From Alphaproteobacteria bacterium (GTDB taxonomy: Bacteria > Pseudomonadota > Alphaproteobacteria > CAAHEQ01 > UBA3637): 64,000 nt of DNA. Shown here piece by piece: positions 29,103 through 37,605 of the stretch (position 1 is its first letter; every line of letters begins with the position of its first letter). Location: contig JAZOOQ010000056.1 in NCBI GenBank assembly GCA_045655105.1, forward strand, positions 10,399 through 74,398, in the 5' to 3' direction. The translations under genes and the position numbers were made by a program. Under the pieces are notes generated by a model. That model was not told where the DNA came from, ran no database searches, and was given only the letters and a program-made list of their open reading frames with translations.

Positions 29103-30082
29103 AAAAATATATTTGTTTTTTGATTGGATTTCTTTTTATTTTATTGTTTTTTTGGAGGTATAAAAAGCAATATTATTTCATTGATCGCTATAATGAAATA
29201 ATTAATTTTTTATATGAAAAAGATATTTTATCTTCGCCGATACCTAAAAAAATACATTATGTTTGGGTTGGTGGGGAAGAAACGGCAGATGTGAAAAAAA
29301 TAGTGGCTTCTTGGAAAGAAAAAATGCCAGACTATGAAATTAAAAAATGGGATGAAACAACATGTAATATATCGGCAAATGCTTTTGTTAGAGAGGCGTA
29401 TGATAAAAAAATGTGGCGCTATGTTTCGGATTGGTGTCGTTTAGAAGCCCTTTTAAATGAAGGAGGTATTTATTTGGATGTTGATACTTACATAAATAAA
29501 TCTTTAAAACCTCTTTTAAAATATGATTTGGTTTTAACATTGGAAAGAAAAGAAAGTTTATCTGCAGGGATTATTGCCGTTAAAAAAAATCATCCATTTA
29601 TAAAAAATTTAATGGATTATTATCAGGGATTTTATGGATGGTTCCCTATGTCTGCACCAGAAGTTTGGACAGTGGTTTTTAATAAAATTAAAAAAGATTT
29701 AAAATCTTATCATATTTATCCAACATCTGTTTTAATGTTGATGTTTCATGAAAAGGAAAATTATGCCAAGCATTTTTATTCAACAGGAAGTGGAAAAAAT
29801 GTATCGCGTAGTAAATGGTATATTTTTTATGAAAATTTGTTTGTTGAACAAAACGGAATTTTCTTAAAGTGGGAAAAAGATGAGTCTTGGGTGTTTTTTT
29901 ATGATGATAATAAATATTATATAGTAAAGAAAGATGAAAAAGAGGGATTTAAGTTAACGGGTGAGGAAGGTTTTTATCAAAAAACTGATCCAATCAATGA
30001 ACTTTATTTTTTAACATTGAAAAATAAAAATGGGGAAAAGAAAATATATAGCTGTATTCATCATAATTGTGTAAAACATTAA
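29099..30082 (+). CDS. membrane-anchored GT32-family (DxD) glycosyltransferase
   Basis: N-terminal TM helix, IPKKIHYVWVGG, then ...DWCRLEALLNEGGIYLDVD (DxD), typical of Gly_transf_sug / Och1-like GT32. Confidence 0.65.
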   Translation: MKKYICFLIGFLFILLFFWRYKKQYYFIDRYNEIINFLYEKDILSSPIPKKIHYVWVGGEETADVKKIVASWKEKMPDYEIKKWDETTCNISANAFVREAYDKKMWRYVSDWCRLEALLNEGGIYLDVDTYINKSLKPLLKYDLVLTLERKESLSAGIIAVKKNHPFIKNLMDYYQGFYGWFPMSAPEVWTVVFNKIKKDLKSYHIYPTSVLMLMFHEKENYAKHFYSTGSGKNVSRSKWYIFYENLFVEQNGIFLKWEKDESWVFFYDDNKYYIVKKDEKEGFKLTGEEGFYQKTDPINELYFLTLKNKNGEKKIYSCIHHNCVKH

Positions 30083-30146
30083 AAAGAACTTGCTTTTTTT
30101 GATACCCTTTCGCATAATGAATTTATTATTTTGAAAGGATATTTGT

Positions 30147-30578
30147 ATGACCACTTATTATATTGTTTCTGGTGGATTTGATCCATTACATGAAGGGCAC
30201 ATTGAAATGATTAAAGATGCCGCCTTGAATTCAGATGGTGTTATTCTTCTTTTAAATTCAGATGAATGGTTGATAAGAAAAAAAGGCAAAAATTTTATGA
30301 ATTTTAAAACAAGAGCCTCGGTTTGTGGATATTTAAAAAATGTGATCGATGTGATTGGCTTTGATGATAGCGATAACTCTGCTTCAGATGGTATTAGAAA
30401 AGCCAGAGAAAAATATCCAGATGCCATGCTTGTTTTTGCTAATGGGGGAGATCGAACAAAAGAAAATATTCCTGAAACGGCAGTTTGTAATGAACTAGAT
30501 GTGGCACTTTGTTTTGGTGTTGGAGGGGAAAATAAAGCAAATTCTTCTTCATGGATTTTGAATAATTGGAAAAAATAA
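30147..30578 (+). CDS. small cytidylyl/adenylyl-transferase-fold nucleotidyltransferase (HxGH; RfaE-domain-II/TagD-like), 143 aa
   Basis: IVSGGFDPLHEGHIEMI matches the (T/H)xGH nucleotidyltransferase signature. Embedded between the glycosyltransferase and the PMM gene. Confidence 0.55.
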   Translation: MTTYYIVSGGFDPLHEGHIEMIKDAALNSDGVILLLNSDEWLIRKKGKNFMNFKTRASVCGYLKNVIDVIGFDDSDNSASDGIRKAREKYPDAMLVFANGGDRTKENIPETAVCNELDVALCFGVGGENKANSSSWILNNWKK

Positions 30579-30588
30579 GGAAAAATAA

Positions 30589-31308
30589 ATGACGTTATTT
30601 GTGTTTGATTTAGATGGCACTTTAACACCTCCAAGATTAGCAATGACAAAGGAATTTGAAGATTTTTTCATCCCTTGGGCAAAGGATAAAAAATGTTTTA
30701 TTGCCACAGGGTCAGATTTCAAAAAAGTGACGGAACAGATTTCAGAAGAGGCTATGAATGCTTTTGAAGGAATTTATTGTTCAATGGGCAATGTTTTGTG
30801 GCAAAAGGGAAAAGTTATTTATAAAAATGAATTTAAAGCAGATGAAAAACTTTTCAAATTGCTTGAAAATTATCGCGCAACAACTGATTACCCATATCAA
30901 TTATTTGATAATTATATTGAAAAACGCGATGGAATGATTAATTTTTCTGTTTTAGGACGCAATTGTCCTTATGAGGAAAGAGAAAGATATTATCAATATG
31001 ACAAAGAGCATCAAGAACGCGAAAAAATTAAAAACGAATTAAGTGAAAAATTTCCTTCTTATGATATCGCTATTGGTGGAATGATTTCAATGGATATCAC
31101 TCCAAAGGGCTGTGGGAAAGAACAAGTTGCTTCGAAATTGCGTGCTCAATTCCCAGAAGAAAAAATAATCTTTTTTGGTGATAAAACCTTTGAGGGTGGA
31201 AATGATTATACGTTGGCGCAAGCTGTTTTAAAATCGGGAAATTCAATCGTTGTTCAAGTCAGCGGGCCTGATGAAACAAAAGAATTTTTATTAACAAACG
31301 GAGATTGA
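30589..31308 (+). CDS. eukaryotic-type phosphomannomutase (PMM, HAD superfamily, PF03332-like)
   Basis: [13 protein letters not shown]..., [61 protein letters not shown], and [13 protein letters not shown] are collinear with eukaryotic PMM1/PMM2 motifs (DVDGTLT; GGSDFxK; RxGMLNVSPIGRxCSxEER; IGGQISFDVFPxGWDK; FFGDKTxxGGND). Confidence 0.75.
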   Translation: MTLFVFDLDGTLTPPRLAMTKEFEDFFIPWAKDKKCFIATGSDFKKVTEQISEEAMNAFEGIYCSMGNVLWQKGKVIYKNEFKADEKLFKLLENYRATTDYPYQLFDNYIEKRDGMINFSVLGRNCPYEERERYYQYDKEHQEREKIKNELSEKFPSYDIAIGGMISMDITPKGCGKEQVASKLRAQFPEEKIIFFGDKTFEGGNDYTLAQAVLKSGNSIVVQVSGPDETKEFLLTNGD

Positions 31309-31309
31309 T

Positions 31310-32398
31310 ATGAAAAAAGCACTTATCACCGGTATAACAGGTCAAGATGGTTCTTATTTGGCAGAACTTCTTTTGGAAAAAGGATATGAAGTTCACGGCA
31401 TCAAAAGGCGATCCTCCTCTTTTAACACAGCACGTATCGACCATATTTATGAAGATTTTCATAAAGAAGATGCACGTTTCTTTTTGCATTACGGCGATAT
31501 GACAGATACGTTGAGCCTTATTCAGATTATTCAAAAAATCGAACCGGATGAAATTTATAATTTGGCGGCTCAAAGTCATGTGAAAGTTTCATGGGATTGC
31601 CCCGAATACACAGCAGACACAGACGCCATGGGCACGTTGCGATTGCTTGAAGCATTGCGCGTTTTGGGAGTTGATAAAAAAACAAAATTTTATCAGGCTT
31701 CCACATCGGAATTGTATGGAAAAATCCAAGAAAAAATGCAAAATGAAAAAACACCTTTTTATCCGCGTTCTCCTTACGGTGTTGCCAAACTTTACGGCTA
31801 TTGGATTACTGTGAATTATCGCGAAAGCTTTGGAATGTTTGCGTCTAACGGCATTTTATTTAACCATGAAAGCCCAAGACGTGGTGAAACGTTTGTCACC
31901 CGAAAAATCACAATGGGCGCCGCAAAAATTAAAGTTGGTTTGCAAGATAAACTTTATCTCGGCAATTTGAATGCAAAACGAGATTGGGGACATGCCAAAG
32001 ATTATGTTGAAGGGATGTGGCGCATTTTACAACACGACAAACCGGATGATTTTGTTTTGGCAACAGGTAAAACTACGTCCATCAGAGATTTTGTTAAAAT
32101 GAGTTTTAAACAACTTGATATGGATATTGTTTTTAAAGGGAAAGGTGTTGATGAAAAGGGCATTGATAAGAAAACCGGAAAAGTTGTTGTCGAAGTTGAT
32201 CCGCGATATTTTCGCCCTGCCGAAGTTGACGTTTTGTTGGGAGATGCTTCAAAAGCAAAAAAACTTTTGAAATGGAAACCGAAAACAAATCTTGAAACTC
32301 TTGTTAAAGAGATGGTTGAGAACGATTTTGAGTTAGCTAAAAAAGAAAAGCTTTTAAAAGATAATGGATATCGGATCACAGCAAGTGCGGAGGAATAA
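31310..32398 (+). CDS. gmd: GDP-mannose 4,6-dehydratase
   Basis: [28 protein letters not shown]..., YxxxK short-chain dehydrogenase motifs, 362 aa. Confidence 0.9.
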   Translation: MKKALITGITGQDGSYLAELLLEKGYEVHGIKRRSSSFNTARIDHIYEDFHKEDARFFLHYGDMTDTLSLIQIIQKIEPDEIYNLAAQSHVKVSWDCPEYTADTDAMGTLRLLEALRVLGVDKKTKFYQASTSELYGKIQEKMQNEKTPFYPRSPYGVAKLYGYWITVNYRESFGMFASNGILFNHESPRRGETFVTRKITMGAAKIKVGLQDKLYLGNLNAKRDWGHAKDYVEGMWRILQHDKPDDFVLATGKTTSIRDFVKMSFKQLDMDIVFKGKGVDEKGIDKKTGKVVVEVDPRYFRPAEVDVLLGDASKAKKLLKWKPKTNLETLVKEMVENDFELAKKEKLLKDNGYRITASAEE

Positions 32399-32399
32399 G

Positions 32400-33464
32400 A
32401 TGGAAAAAGAAGCGAAAATTTTTGTTGCGGGACATAATGGATTAGTTGGTTCTGCCATTTTACGGCGTCTTCAAAAAGAAGGCTTTAAAAATATCATTAC
32501 AAAAACATCAGATGAATTAGATTTAACAAATCAAGCTGATACACTTGCATTTTTTGAAAAAGAAAAACCAGATTATGTTTTTTTAGCAGCGGCAAAAGTA
32601 GGTGGCATTTTGGCAAATAAAACTTATCCTGCTGAATTTATTTATATTAATTTGATGATTGCATCTAATGTGATTCATAGTGCCTATAAAACTGGTGTTA
32701 AAAAACTTTTAAATTTGGGGAGCTCTTGTATTTATCCACGTCTTGCACCTCAGCCAATGAAAGAAGAAAGTTTATTAACAGGGCCTTTAGAAGAAACAAA
32801 TGAAGCTTATGCTTTAGCAAAGATTTCAGCTATTAAACTTTGCCGTTATTATAATGAACAATATGGTACAAATTTTATTTCCGTGATGCCAACAAATCAA
32901 TATGGCGAAGGAGATAATTTTAATATGGAAACAGCACATTTATTGCCAATGATTATGCGTCGTTTCCATTTGGCAAAACTTCTTTCTTTGAGAGATTTTG
33001 ATGCTATTAGAAAAGATTTAAAACGATATAAATTAGGTTGGGGATTGGATAATTCAATTGATTTTGAAAGTGATGAATCTATTGAACAAACACTCAATAA
33101 AGTTGGCGCCTATAAAGATAAAGTTGTTTTATGGGGAGATGGGTCTGTTTATCGAGAATTGATGTGTTCTGATGATTTGGCTGATGCTTGTTTTTATTTA
33201 ATGCAAAATAAAGAATATCAAGAAATTGGTGAGCATGTGAATATCACAAATGGAGATGATATTTTGCTTAAAGATTTATTTCAATTGGTTAAAGAAATCG
33301 TTGGTTTTGAAGGTGAAATTTCTTATGATACTTCTAAACCCAATGGCACTCCAAGAAAAATGATGGATGCAACAAAAATTAAATCGCTTGGTTGGATGCC
33401 AAAAATTTCTCTTAATGAGGGTGTGAAAAACTTTTACGATTGGTATTTGAAAAGTTTTTCTTAG
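32400..33464 (+). CDS. fcl: GDP-L-fucose synthase (GDP-4-keto-6-deoxymannose 3,5-epimerase/4-reductase)
   Basis: IFVAGHNGLVGSAILRRL..., SSCIYP, YALAKI. Start is taken at the ATG at 32400 with a GGAGGA Shine-Dalgarno, immediately after the gmd stop. Confidence 0.85.
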   Translation: MEKEAKIFVAGHNGLVGSAILRRLQKEGFKNIITKTSDELDLTNQADTLAFFEKEKPDYVFLAAAKVGGILANKTYPAEFIYINLMIASNVIHSAYKTGVKKLLNLGSSCIYPRLAPQPMKEESLLTGPLEETNEAYALAKISAIKLCRYYNEQYGTNFISVMPTNQYGEGDNFNMETAHLLPMIMRRFHLAKLLSLRDFDAIRKDLKRYKLGWGLDNSIDFESDESIEQTLNKVGAYKDKVVLWGDGSVYRELMCSDDLADACFYLMQNKEYQEIGEHVNITNGDDILLKDLFQLVKEIVGFEGEISYDTSKPNGTPRKMMDATKIKSLGWMPKISLNEGVKNFYDWYLKSFS

Positions 33465-33495
33465 AAGAGTTATTTATCCTAAATACTGAAAAAAA

Positions 33496-33524
33496 GCGCA
33501 TAAAATACATTATGCGCTTTTTTT
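33496..33524. terminator. bidirectional Rho-independent terminator (fcl operon on one strand, nitroreductase-like gene on the other)
   Basis: gcgcataa-aataca-ttatgcgc, flanked by an a-run and a t7 run. Confidence 0.65.
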
Positions 33525-33532
33525 AGTATATC

Positions 33533-34369
33533 TTATGCCTGAATGGGTTGATTTGTTTTATTTTCAGGGTGTGTTTGCGGTGTTGGTTCTGGTGCAATGG
33601 TATTTGTTGGTTCAGGTATTGCAGTGTTTTCATTTGATGTTGGTGTCGGCTGTGTGGAAGAAAGGATTGATTCAGGTATTGAAGTTGTTTGTGGTTGGGC
33701 CACTTCTTCAGATTTTGTTTCAATTAAGTTAGGATCTTGCACATCATCTGGAATTTCTTTATCATCTGTTTCAGCAAAAACAGGATAGCCAACAGCCATT
33801 GAAATTAGGATAGATTCATTTGGATTTAATTTTAATGCTTGTTTTACTTGTTCTTTATCAAAATAACCTCTAACAACAGCTCCCATTTTATAAGCAGAAG
33901 CAAAAAGCCCAACATTTTGATAGCTTGAACCAGCATGCATAGCGCCATAATCTTTATTTGTTGAGGTCCATACTAAAACAAGGGGCACATTTTTCATATA
34001 GTCTTGTGTTTGAAAAATTTCTCTGGAATCAGTTGATGTTATTTGAATTAAAGAATGTGTATTTGCTTCATATAAAAAAGCGCCTTCTTTTTTAAAAACA
34101 TACAAAGAAAGTTCTTTTTGATTCATTGCAGTTGGAATGGTGCGTTCACCCGTTGATCGATTAATTCCATATGCTGCCCATAATAGGGAAGAAAGAGTTT
34201 TATTATCAATGTCTTTTTCATCAAAATTCTTTGTGGATTGACGAAAGTTTAATGCATGCATTAAACTGGTGGGATTTAATTTGTTTGGAATAGGTAATTT
34301 AATGTTTTCAGCAAGAGCTGAATATGAAAGAAATGATGTTCCTAATATTCCTAATAAAAATTTTTTCAT
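33533..34369 (-). CDS. secreted nitroreductase-superfamily (SagB-like) protein with Pro/Thr/Gln-rich C-terminal tail
   Basis: Signal peptide MKKFLLGILGTSFLSYSALA. Nitroreductase-like LSSLLWAAYGINRSTGERTIPTAMNQKELSLYVF...GAFLY. The tail QPQTTSIPESILSSTQPTPTSNENTAIPEPTNTIAPEPTPQTHP is low-complexity. Confidence 0.55.
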   Translation of the reverse strand: MKKFLLGILGTSFLSYSALAENIKLPIPNKLNPTSLMHALNFRQSTKNFDEKDIDNKTLSSLLWAAYGINRSTGERTIPTAMNQKELSLYVFKKEGAFLYEANTHSLIQITSTDSREIFQTQDYMKNVPLVLVWTSTNKDYGAMHAGSSYQNVGLFASAYKMGAVVRGYFDKEQVKQALKLNPNESILISMAVGYPVFAETDDKEIPDDVQDPNLIETKSEEVAQPQTTSIPESILSSTQPTPTSNENTAIPEPTNTIAPEPTPQTHPENKTNQPIQA

Positions 34370-34839
34370 ATTTTTCCCCTTAATTTTAAATGATTTAAAA
34401 AGGCTCTTGTTCCTTCATAAATATCCCAGTATGTTTCATCAAAATTACCCGTATACCATGGATCTTTTACGTTTCCGCCTGTTTCAGTATAATCTAACAA
34501 GCGTTTTACTTTGTGTTCTTTGTCAACACCACCGATTATGGATAAAACATCTTTTAAATTTTCATTATCCATCACTAAAATATAATCATATTCTTCATAA
34601 TCTTGAGCTTGAAAATGGCGGGCAATATGTTCTTCAAATGGAATATTCATGCGTTTAAAAATTTCTTTTGTTCCCGCATGAATGCCGGCCTTGCATAATG
34701 CATTAAATTTTTCAGTTCCGGCTGATTCGATTTCAAATAATGAAGAACAACCTTCTTTTTCGATTAAATCTTTAAAAACAAAATGCGCCATTGGTGAACG
34801 GCAAATATTGCCTAAACAAACAAAAAGAACTTTAATCAT
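34366..34839 (-). CDS. low-molecular-weight protein-tyrosine phosphatase (LMW-PTP/ArsC-like fold)
   Basis: P-loop VLFVCLGNICRSPMA (CX5R) and the DPWYTG Asp loop. Confidence 0.8.
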   Translation of the reverse strand: MIKVLFVCLGNICRSPMAHFVFKDLIEKEGCSSLFEIESAGTEKFNALCKAGIHAGTKEIFKRMNIPFEEHIARHFQAQDYEEYDYILVMDNENLKDVLSIIGGVDKEHKVKRLLDYTETGGNVKDPWYTGNFDETYWDIYEGTRAFLNHLKLRGKI

Positions 34840-34934
34840 TTATGCCCCCTTTTTTTATTATCATAAACAAAAAAGAAGGAGTTTGTCTAGCTAAAAGAAT
34901 TGTTAAATTCTAAAAAAAGTGATATGATATTGAT

Positions 34935-36092
34935 ATGAATAAAGTTATTGCTCTTGTTGATTGTGATTCTTTTTTTGTTTCTTGTGAACAAAAAGATAAT
35001 CCCTTATTGAAAAATAAACCAGTTTGCACATTGACGAGTGTGAATTCAAGAGGTGTTGTTGTTTCAAGATCGAAAGAAGCAAAAGCTTTGGGGATACAGA
35101 TGGGTGCGCCTTATTTTCAAATTAAAGATGAATATAAGATGGTTCATTTTCTTCCTGTTCGGCATGATCGTTATGATGAAATTTCAGCCTTGGTGATGGA
35201 TAGATTAAAAAGTTTTTCTCCAGATGTTGAAGTTGTTTCTATTGATGAAGCTTTTATGGATTTAACTGGGGTTAAAAAACTATATAATAAAAGTTACACA
35301 GAAATTATTAAGGATATTCGTTTAGATATATTAAAAACAATTGATATTCCCGTTTCAATTGGTCTTTCAACAAGTAAAACATTGGCGAAATTAGCAAGTG
35401 ATATAGCTAAAAAACAAGGTGGGATTTTTGTGATTCGACCAGAAAAAATTTTTGAGTTGACTAAAGATATTTTGATGAAAGATGTTTCTGGCGTTGGAAT
35501 GCAAACGGCTCGTCTTCTTGAATATCATGATATTTATACAGTGGGTGATTTTGTTCAAAAAGATGTGTTATGGATTCGAAATAAAATTTCATATGCAGCA
35601 GAAAAACTTTATTATGAGTTGAAAGGTCAGGCCATTAGTTTGGTTGATTCAAAAATCCTTCCGCCTCAATCGATCCAAGATACGAAATCATTTGAATCGT
35701 TTACAAGTGATAAAGATTTTTTGATTGGAAGATTAAATTATCATATTCATAAATCTTCTCAAAAATTAAGAGCGTGGGATGGATATACAAAAGAAATTTC
35801 AGTTACACTTCGCACTAAAAATTTTCAAGTTTTTGAAAAAAATTTTCGTTTGCCGATGGCAACAAATTCTGAAAGCACTCTTTTGAAAACGGCTATAAAA
35901 TTGATTGAGTTAATGTATTCCCCAACGGTTATTTATCGATCTTTAGGTGTCACATTGAAAAATCTTTCATTTGGAAAAGAACCTCAAATTTCATTATTTG
36001 ATCAAGAAAAATTTGAAGATGATAAAATATCTCATCTCATTGATGAGATTGAAGAAAAATTTGGAAAAAATAGTATTCGTTTAGGTTCATAG
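34935..36092 (+). CDS. Y-family DNA polymerase, UmuC-like (no adjacent umuD)
   Basis: LVDCDSFFVSCEQKDNPLLKNKPVCTLTSVNSRGVVVSRSKEAKALGIQMGAPYFQIKDEY...SIDEAFMDLTG resembles the UmuC N-terminus (LCDVNSFYASCE...SIDEAFCDLTG). Confidence 0.75.
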   Translation: MNKVIALVDCDSFFVSCEQKDNPLLKNKPVCTLTSVNSRGVVVSRSKEAKALGIQMGAPYFQIKDEYKMVHFLPVRHDRYDEISALVMDRLKSFSPDVEVVSIDEAFMDLTGVKKLYNKSYTEIIKDIRLDILKTIDIPVSIGLSTSKTLAKLASDIAKKQGGIFVIRPEKIFELTKDILMKDVSGVGMQTARLLEYHDIYTVGDFVQKDVLWIRNKISYAAEKLYYELKGQAISLVDSKILPPQSIQDTKSFESFTSDKDFLIGRLNYHIHKSSQKLRAWDGYTKEISVTLRTKNFQVFEKNFRLPMATNSESTLLKTAIKLIELMYSPTVIYRSLGVTLKNLSFGKEPQISLFDQEKFEDDKISHLIDEIEEKFGKNSIRLGS

Positions 36093-36149
36093 GATCTTTT
36101 TTTTAAAAAGCAAAAAAAAGGCTTGATTTTCATTTTGAAAAAGAATAGG

Positions 36150-36410
36150 ATATTTTTTGTGAGGACGGCCCGTCCTTGCTTAAAGGTTTCGTTACCTGAA
36201 TGTATGACATGGGCAGCATAAAAAATAAAAAATGCCCAATTTTTTATTTTCTATACGAAAGACTGCCGGGCATCCACTAGCAATAGCTTTGATAAATTCA
36301 TAACTGTTAGGTGGATGCCTGCTTAATAAGGCAAATGCCGAATCAGCAGGACTATTTTTCATGTCATCAATAGTAACGAACATCCACCCACCGTCTGGTG
36401 GGTTTATTTA
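36150..36410 (+). ncRNA. candidate structured non-coding RNA (unassigned family) in a GC-rich intergenic island between convergent genes
   Basis: Local GC is far above background. Nested complementarities: aggacg/cgtcct; tgggca/tgccca followed by a t-run; atgacatg (36194-36201) pairs with catgtcat (36350-36357); ggcatccacta pairs with taggtggatgcc; cctgct/agcagg enclose ggca-aa-tgcc. Ends with a cccacc-gtct-ggtggg hairpin followed by tttattt. A 63-aa ORF on the opposite strand was judged spurious. Confidence 0.3.
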
Positions 36411-36470
36411 ATGCGAATAACGTTTTTTAAAATTGAATCTGATTTATATAACCTTTTGTTAAAAAAGTTA

Positions 36471-36503
36471 TAAAAAAACACCCAGAATATTTTTTTATTC
36501 TGG
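36471..36503. terminator. bidirectional terminator (fabD on the minus strand)
   Basis: ccagaat-attttttt-attctgg hairpin with an a7 run upstream and a t-run downstream. Confidence 0.55.
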
Positions 36504-36525
36504 ATGCTTTTTATTTAGATTAGAA

Positions 36526-37470
36526 TTAGAAAAAAGTTAAAGCTTGTTCAACTTGATCTTTATTGCTGATGTTTAATAAACGGGCATCTGGTGCAATACG
36601 TTTAATTAATCCAGTTAAAACTTTTCCATTACCACATTCAACAAAATCTGTTACTCCTTTCATTTGCATATAAGAAACTGATTCAGTCCAGCGAACAGAC
36701 CCTGTTACTTGAGCGACCAACAATTCTTTGATTTTATCTGCATTTGTTTCTGCTTCTGCTGTTACATTGGAAATAACTGGAACAACAGGGTTGATAATGT
36801 TTGTGTGGCTTAATTCTTCTTTCATTTTTAATGCTGCTTCTTGCATTAATGGAGAGTGAAAGCCTCCTGAAACAGGTAATATAACGCATTTTTTCGCTCC
36901 TAATTCAGTTGCGATTGTTGCTGCTTTTTCAATGGCTGTTTTATCGCCACTGATAACGATTTGACCTTGGCAGTTATCATTTGCAATATAACATTTTTTA
37001 GTATCATCACTTGCTCTTGAAACAAGTTCATTAACTTCTTTTAAAGAGAGCCCTAAAACAGCAGCCATTGCACCTGGATTTTTAAGAGCTGCTTCTTGCA
37101 TATATTCTCCGCGAGCTTTTAAAAGTTTTGCCGTATCAAAAAGGCTTAAAGCTTGAGCAGCACATAAAGCACCATATTCTCCTAATGAATGACCAGCAAC
37201 ATAAGAAGCTAAATCTTTTACAGATTTCCCAGTTTCTTTTTCAATCACTCTTAATGCGGCAATAGATGTTGCCATAATTGCTGGTTGAGCATTTGTTGTT
37301 TTTGTTAATTCGGCCATATCGCCTTCAAACATTAATGATGACAGTTTAAAAGAAACGGCTTCATCTACTTCTTCAAAAACGGCCTTAGCAACATCAAAAT
37401 TATCATATAAATCTTTGCCCATTCCAACAGTTTGGGATCCTTGTCCTGGAAAAACGAATGCAAGTGTCAT
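36526..37470 (-). CDS. fabD: malonyl CoA-acyl carrier protein transacylase
   Basis: FVFPGQGSQ and GHSLGEY active-site motifs, 314 aa. Confidence 0.9.
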   Translation of the reverse strand: MTLAFVFPGQGSQTVGMGKDLYDNFDVAKAVFEEVDEAVSFKLSSLMFEGDMAELTKTTNAQPAIMATSIAALRVIEKETGKSVKDLASYVAGHSLGEYGALCAAQALSLFDTAKLLKARGEYMQEAALKNPGAMAAVLGLSLKEVNELVSRASDDTKKCYIANDNCQGQIVISGDKTAIEKAATIATELGAKKCVILPVSGGFHSPLMQEAALKMKEELSHTNIINPVVPVISNVTAEAETNADKIKELLVAQVTGSVRWTESVSYMQMKGVTDFVECGNGKVLTGLIKRIAPDARLLNISNKDQVEQALTFF

Positions 37471-37605
37471 ATTCTATCCTTTCTGGTTTTTTAGCTTAAA
37501 AACAGCCCTTTGTTAATTAATTTTTTTCGATTATACACATTTTAAAATAAAAATAAAGAGTTTATTTTCTTGTAATTCACTTTTAAATTCTTTATACTTA
37601 AAGCC

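Noticed and set aside
36192-36383. 63-aa minus-strand ORF in the GC-rich intergenic island.
   Set aside because: No RBS and Cys/Pro-rich odd composition. It overlaps the strongly base-paired region, which is interpreted instead as a structured RNA.
36150-36410. Considered whether the structured element is RNase P RNA, tmRNA or SRP RNA.
   Set aside because: A partial resemblance to the P4 motif (gaaagactgccgggcatcca vs GGAAAGUCCGGGCUCCA) is not accompanied by the other universal RNase P blocks. There is no GGUUCGA T-loop for tmRNA and no GGAAGCAGCC for SRP RNA. It is left unassigned.
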